Position numbers and translations under genes: made by a program | Shown: piece by piece, positions 8,329-11,342 of the stretch | How the letters are laid out: each line of letters starts with the position of its first letter | Position numbering within the stretch: position 1 is the stretch's first letter | Assembly: GCA_020434495.1 (NCBI GenBank) | Contig: JAGRAT010000082.1 | Coordinates: 1-11,342, forward strand | Length of the DNA stretch: 11,342 bases | Direction: 5' to 3' | DNA from: Bdellovibrionales bacterium | GTDB taxonomy: Bacteria; Bdellovibrionota_C; UBA2361; RFPC01 | The notes under the pieces: model-generated | What the model saw: the letters and a program-made list of their open reading frames with translations, nothing else | Told to the model about the DNA's origin: nothing | Database searches by the model: none

Positions 8329-8548
8329 GAAGGGTAAGTACCTGGCGATACTTGGGGAAAAGGTGCAGATAAGGGAAAAAAATTACCTTAAGAAAAATCG
8401 CTTTGTTAGCTTTCTAAACAGCTAGGCCCCGTTGGGCTTGGTCGTGGGATAGGTCAAGTGTTGCCGTCGCTTGGAGCGTCTGCCACTTCACCTGTATCCA
8501 CTGGTTCCCTTACAACCTGACTCGAGTAGAAGGAAAGAGACACACATC

Positions 8549-10702
8549 ATGTCTGAAGTTTTCACGTGGCTCGCCACCAACTGGTGGCTGGTCCTCATCG
8601 GCCTCGTCGCCCTCTGGTACCTCCTGGGCTTCCGGAAGGTCGGATCGGCCGACGTCGGCCTCGTCGAGTACATGATCTCGTTCAAGTCGAACGAGACCGA
8701 ACAGGCGGTGGTCGAGAGCGGTGCGGGCTACCGCATGCAGCTCAAGACCCCGGGTTGGCGCTGGGCGCCATTCCTGGTCGCCAGGATCCGCACCTTCCCG
8801 ATGGTGCAGGTGCCGCCGGGAGAAGTCGGCATCGTCTACGCTCAGATCGGTGAGTCGCTTCCTCAGGGTTTCCGTACTGCAGAGTACCTGCCCGAGATGA
8901 AGGACTTCACCAACCCGCGGACGTTCCTCGAGAAGGGTGGACAGAAGGGCATTCAGCGTCCGGTGCTTCGGCCCGGCGCGGTGCTCCCCATCCACCCGGT
9001 CGCCTTCCTGGTGATCACCTCCGAGAAGGTCTACGGACTTCCGATCGATCCGGCACTCCAAGGCAAGCGGGTCACCCCCGCGAGCTTCGGAGTGAAGCGG
9101 GCCGAGAGCCTGCAGCAGACCATCATCGAACCGAAGGTGGTCGAAGTCGATGACCCGGTGACGGGCCAGCGGGTGAGGCAACACACCGAGATGATCGGTG
9201 TCGTCACCTCGCACGAGGGTCCGCCGATCGACGGTGGTGAGATCGCTGGTCGCCTCGGTGGCTGGCAGGATCTTCAGGAGGCCTACGACGACGACAAGTC
9301 GCCGGAGGCCATCATCGAGCTCCTGCTCACCCCGAAGAACGGCAAGCACGAGAACTACCAAGACTTCCAGCAGTTCATCGCTGCCGGTGGTCGGGTGGGT
9401 CTTCAGCACGACGTGCTGCTGCCTGGTGCCTACAACATCAACCCGATCTGTGCGGTTGTCGAACAGGTTCCGATGCTCACCGTCGAGCAGGGACAGGTGG
9501 CGGTCATCAAGTCGTACGCGGGTCTCCCCACTGCTGATACCAGTGGTGAAGCCTTCAAGTACGGCTCGCTCGTCCGTCCTGGTCACCGCGGGATCTGGAA
9601 CACGGCGCTGACGACTGGTAAGTACGCGATTAACCCGCGGCTCTACCATCCGATCATCGTCCCGACCAGCATCATCAACTTGAACTGGGCGGACGCGACC
9701 TCCAACGCGCACCGACTGGACGCCGACCTGAAGCCGATCGAGGCGAAGTCCAAGGAAGGCTTCGTCTTCATGATCGACCTCGAAGTGCAGATCCACATCA
9801 GTGCGAACAAGGCACCGATGGTGATCAGCATGGTCGGTACCATCGAGAACCTCATCAACGAGGTGCTCCAAGGCGCGGTCGGCAACTACTTCCGTGACAC
9901 CCTGGCCTCGAAGGAAGCTGTCGAGTTCATCGAACAGCGCCAGAAGGTCCAGAAGGATGCGGAAGAGCACATCCGGGCCAAGCTCGCCGACTACCACGTC
10001 GAGACCCCGGGCGTCTACATCCAGGACGTCAAGCTGCCCGCTGACCTCGTCAAGGTGTTGCAGGAGCGAGAGATCGCGAAGCAGCAGAAGGCGACTTACG
10101 CGATGCAGCAGGAGTCCGAGCAGCAGCGTGTCGCAACCGAAGCCGCTCGCGGTGAGGCCGACATGCAGGCAGATCTCGCGCGCTCCAAGGTCGGGATCAC
10201 CATCCAGGCCAACAAGACGGATGCTCGCAAGCTGCAAGCTGCTGGTGATGCCGAGTACGTGACCTTGACCGGACAGGCCAAGGGCGCGGAGGTGCTTGCG
10301 ATCGGAGAAGCGAAGGCCAAGGGCTACAAGGCTCAGGTCGCTGCCCTCGGACGCAACAGCACTACTCTCGTCAACGTGATCACTGCCCTCGGCGAAGCAG
10401 GTCTGGACATCGTTCCGGATGTGCTCGTGAACGGCGGTGGTGAAGGCAACGGTGGTGGCGGCAACATGGCGGTCCTCGGACTCGTCACGAAGCTGCTGAA
10501 CGACCACCGCGACGATGACGACGACGACGGGAAGCCGGAGAAGCGCAAGCAGACCCGACGGACCAGGTCGAACGGCAAGGGTGGAGACGCTTCAGGCGAC
10601 TCTCCCAGGACTGATGCTCTGACCGACGCGCAGACTGATGACGACGACGAGGCCCTCACGGACCCCGACGAAGACACCAGTGGCGAAGAGGAACGCAGCT
10701 GA
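8549..10702 (+). CDS. Flotillin-like SPFH/band-7 family membrane protein with an acidic poly-Asp C-terminal tail, high GC.
   Basis: ATG 8549 preceded by GAAGGAAAGAGA. N-terminal TM helix WWLVLIGLVALWYLLG. SPFH-like start PPGEVGIVYAQ. Canonical SPFH C-terminal block GVYIQDVKLPADLVKVLQEREIAKQQKATYAMQQESEQQRVATEAARGEADMQ. Flotillin-type Ala/Glu/Lys/Gln coiled-coil repeats. C-terminal TTLVNVITALGEAGLDIVPDVLVNGGG resembles the FloT/YqiK C-terminus. Gly-rich linker and DDDDDDG...TDDDDE tail. Strong third-position G/C codon bias. Confidence 0.8.
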   Translation: MSEVFTWLATNWWLVLIGLVALWYLLGFRKVGSADVGLVEYMISFKSNETEQAVVESGAGYRMQLKTPGWRWAPFLVARIRTFPMVQVPPGEVGIVYAQIGESLPQGFRTAEYLPEMKDFTNPRTFLEKGGQKGIQRPVLRPGAVLPIHPVAFLVITSEKVYGLPIDPALQGKRVTPASFGVKRAESLQQTIIEPKVVEVDDPVTGQRVRQHTEMIGVVTSHEGPPIDGGEIAGRLGGWQDLQEAYDDDKSPEAIIELLLTPKNGKHENYQDFQQFIAAGGRVGLQHDVLLPGAYNINPICAVVEQVPMLTVEQGQVAVIKSYAGLPTADTSGEAFKYGSLVRPGHRGIWNTALTTGKYAINPRLYHPIIVPTSIINLNWADATSNAHRLDADLKPIEAKSKEGFVFMIDLEVQIHISANKAPMVISMVGTIENLINEVLQGAVGNYFRDTLASKEAVEFIEQRQKVQKDAEEHIRAKLADYHVETPGVYIQDVKLPADLVKVLQEREIAKQQKATYAMQQESEQQRVATEAARGEADMQADLARSKVGITIQANKTDARKLQAAGDAEYVTLTGQAKGAEVLAIGEAKAKGYKAQVAALGRNSTTLVNVITALGEAGLDIVPDVLVNGGGEGNGGGGNMAVLGLVTKLLNDHRDDDDDDGKPEKRKQTRRTRSNGKGGDASGDSPRTDALTDAQTDDDDEALTDPDEDTSGEEERS

Positions 10703-10718
10703 TCATCTTCCGATGATC
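10701..10718 (+). other. Perfect 7-bp-stem hairpin GATCATC-TTCC-GATGATC overlapping the flotillin stop codon. There is no following T-run, so it is more likely an RNA stability or processing element than an intrinsic terminator.
   Basis: Seen directly: 10701-10707 is the reverse complement of 10712-10718. Loop is TTCC. Confidence 0.4.
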
Positions 10719-11019
10719 GCGCGCTGAGCTGTCAGATTGCAACCGAGGCTGAGGGTGTGCTACGCGCATCTTCGGTCTCGGTCGCTTTGCAGGAATTCTT
10801 ATATGGTTTGCCATATTTTCCTTGCTCCTAGACAGGAACCGATGCGTTCCTACCTAGAAGCAGGGGAAAATGTTAAAGGTACAATATCGTTAACTAGGAT
10901 TTAGAATAGCAAAGCTCGCTTATACCTCACCTAAAAGTCTTTCCTTCTACTCACTTTTTTATTTCCTAGCTACTATCCAATAAGCTCCATTGGGCAGCGA
11001 TAAGAAAGGCATAAATTTT

Positions 11020-11342
11020 CTAAAAATCAGTCGCATTCTTTCTCAAGCGATTCTTGTAAACCTGAACTATTTGACTCGCCTGCTCCTTGTTTGCAGCGCA
11101 TGCAAACAACAGGGGATAGAATCCCTCCGAGAGAGGATCGGGAATGATCTTCTTTGAGGCATTTATTACTGCTTGTGCCACCGCAATTCTTTCCTCGTTT
11201 CTCGTGTGAGTCGATACACTAAACAGCGCCGCAGCTACCGCCCCTGCTGCGGCGATTAACGTTGCACGAGGGTCTCCCCCGGTAGCAGTAGCTAGACTTA
11301 TTCCAATCGATCCTGCAGAAGCCATTGCCGACAGAAGAACCT
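11020..11342 (-). CDS. Hypothetical small Ala/Gly-rich hydrophobic protein, possibly 5'-truncated by the window edge; the first in-window ATG is at 11325.
   Basis: Open frame to the window end. ATG at 11323-11325 on the - strand, but the frame stays open upstream. Sequence ...SAMASAGSIGISLATATGGDPRATLIAAAGAVAAALFSV... looks membrane-like. Host-like composition. No family recognised. Confidence 0.4.
   Translation of the reverse strand, partial: VLLSAMASAGSIGISLATATGGDPRATLIAAAGAVAAALFSVSTHTRNEERIAVAQAVINASKKIIPDPLSEGFYPLLFACAANKEQASQIVQVYKNRLRKNATDF

Larger units (their letters stand above)
8421..10795. other. Compositionally anomalous high-GC segment of about 2.4 kb: a putative horizontally acquired single-gene cassette carrying the flotillin-like gene.
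   Basis: Hand-counted 60-nt samples inside give 62% (8561-8620), 58% (9601-9660) and 68% (10141-10200). Outside samples give 48% (5101-5160), 45% (7501-7560) and 53% (2401-2460). Codons inside are dominated by NNC/NNG (CTC, GTC, GCC, GAG, AAG); elsewhere GTT, ATT, GAA and AAA are common. Both flanks (8340-8420 and 10796-11020) are AT-rich. The identical 8-mer TCGCTTTG sits at 8398-8405 and 10781-10788. Confidence 0.6.

Noticed and set aside
8471-8548. Upstream in-frame TTG start (MERLPLHLYPLVPLQPDSSRRKETHI...) for the flotillin-like gene
   Set aside because: ATG 8549 has the RBS-like AGGAAAGAGA at appropriate spacing and coincides with the start of the TM helix and with the codon-bias shift. 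The upstream 26 codons have intergenic-like composition.
9198-10262. Out-of-frame + strand ORFs (9198-9611 and 9894-10262) within the flotillin gene, and 10096-10320 and 10333-10677 on the - strand
   Set aside because: Ser/Arg/Thr/Pro-rich low-complexity translations characteristic of wrong-frame reading of high-GC coding sequence. They overlap a well-supported CDS.
8510-10507. 665-aa ORF on the - strand, entirely antisense to the flotillin-like gene
   Set aside because: Typical high-GC shadow ORF. The low-complexity Arg/Leu/Asp/Val/Gly-rich translation has no recognisable motifs, whereas the sense frame has clear SPFH and flotillin signatures. Stop-codon depletion in GC-rich DNA explains its length.
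10796-10801. EcoRI site (GAATTC) exactly at the high-to-low GC boundary, considered as a possible cloning or chimera artefact marker
   Set aside because: GAATTC also occurs at several other places in the window (for example near 1337, 5583 and 6476), so its presence at the boundary is consistent with chance.
1-11342. CRISPR arrays, rRNA, tRNA, IS elements or transposases, and toxin-antitoxin or defence-system signatures
   Set aside because: No repeat-spacer periodicity, no long inverted terminal repeats, and no DDE or tyrosine-recombinase-like ORFs. None are supported by the sequence.

Overview
The window spans about 11.3 kb and looks like bacterial chromosome with moderate GC. Hand counts of 60-nt samples give about 45-53% GC over most of the window. 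There are six protein-coding genes and no rRNA, tRNA, CRISPR array or recognisable transposase.

Three genes lie on the + strand in the first 6.7 kb:
- an isocitrate/isopropylmalate-dehydrogenase-family protein of 553 aa, unusually long because of an insertion of about 150 aa;
- a roughly 880-aa secreted protein whose C-terminal half resembles DUF4091/GH123-type glycoside hydrolases;
- a canonical two-domain glutamine-dependent NAD+ synthetase (NadE), with a carbon-nitrogen hydrolase domain followed by an SGGxDS PP-loop domain.

A 523-aa lipoprotein on the - strand converges on nadE. It carries an HExxH motif and diverges from the next gene.

The most striking element is a segment of about 2.4 kb at 8421-10795 whose composition differs sharply from its flanks, with samples at 58-68% GC and strong G/C preference at codon third positions. 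It carries a single gene for an atypical flotillin/SPFH-family membrane protein with an acidic poly-Asp tail. The same 8-bp sequence, TCGCTTTG, sits at both compositional boundaries. This fits a horizontally acquired single-gene cassette, perhaps from a high-GC actinobacterium-like donor, or alternatively a chimeric assembly.

The window ends inside a small Ala/Gly-rich hydrophobic ORF on the - strand.

Most remaining ORF-track entries are antisense or out-of-frame shadow ORFs; the long ones inside the high-GC segment are typical high-GC artefacts.
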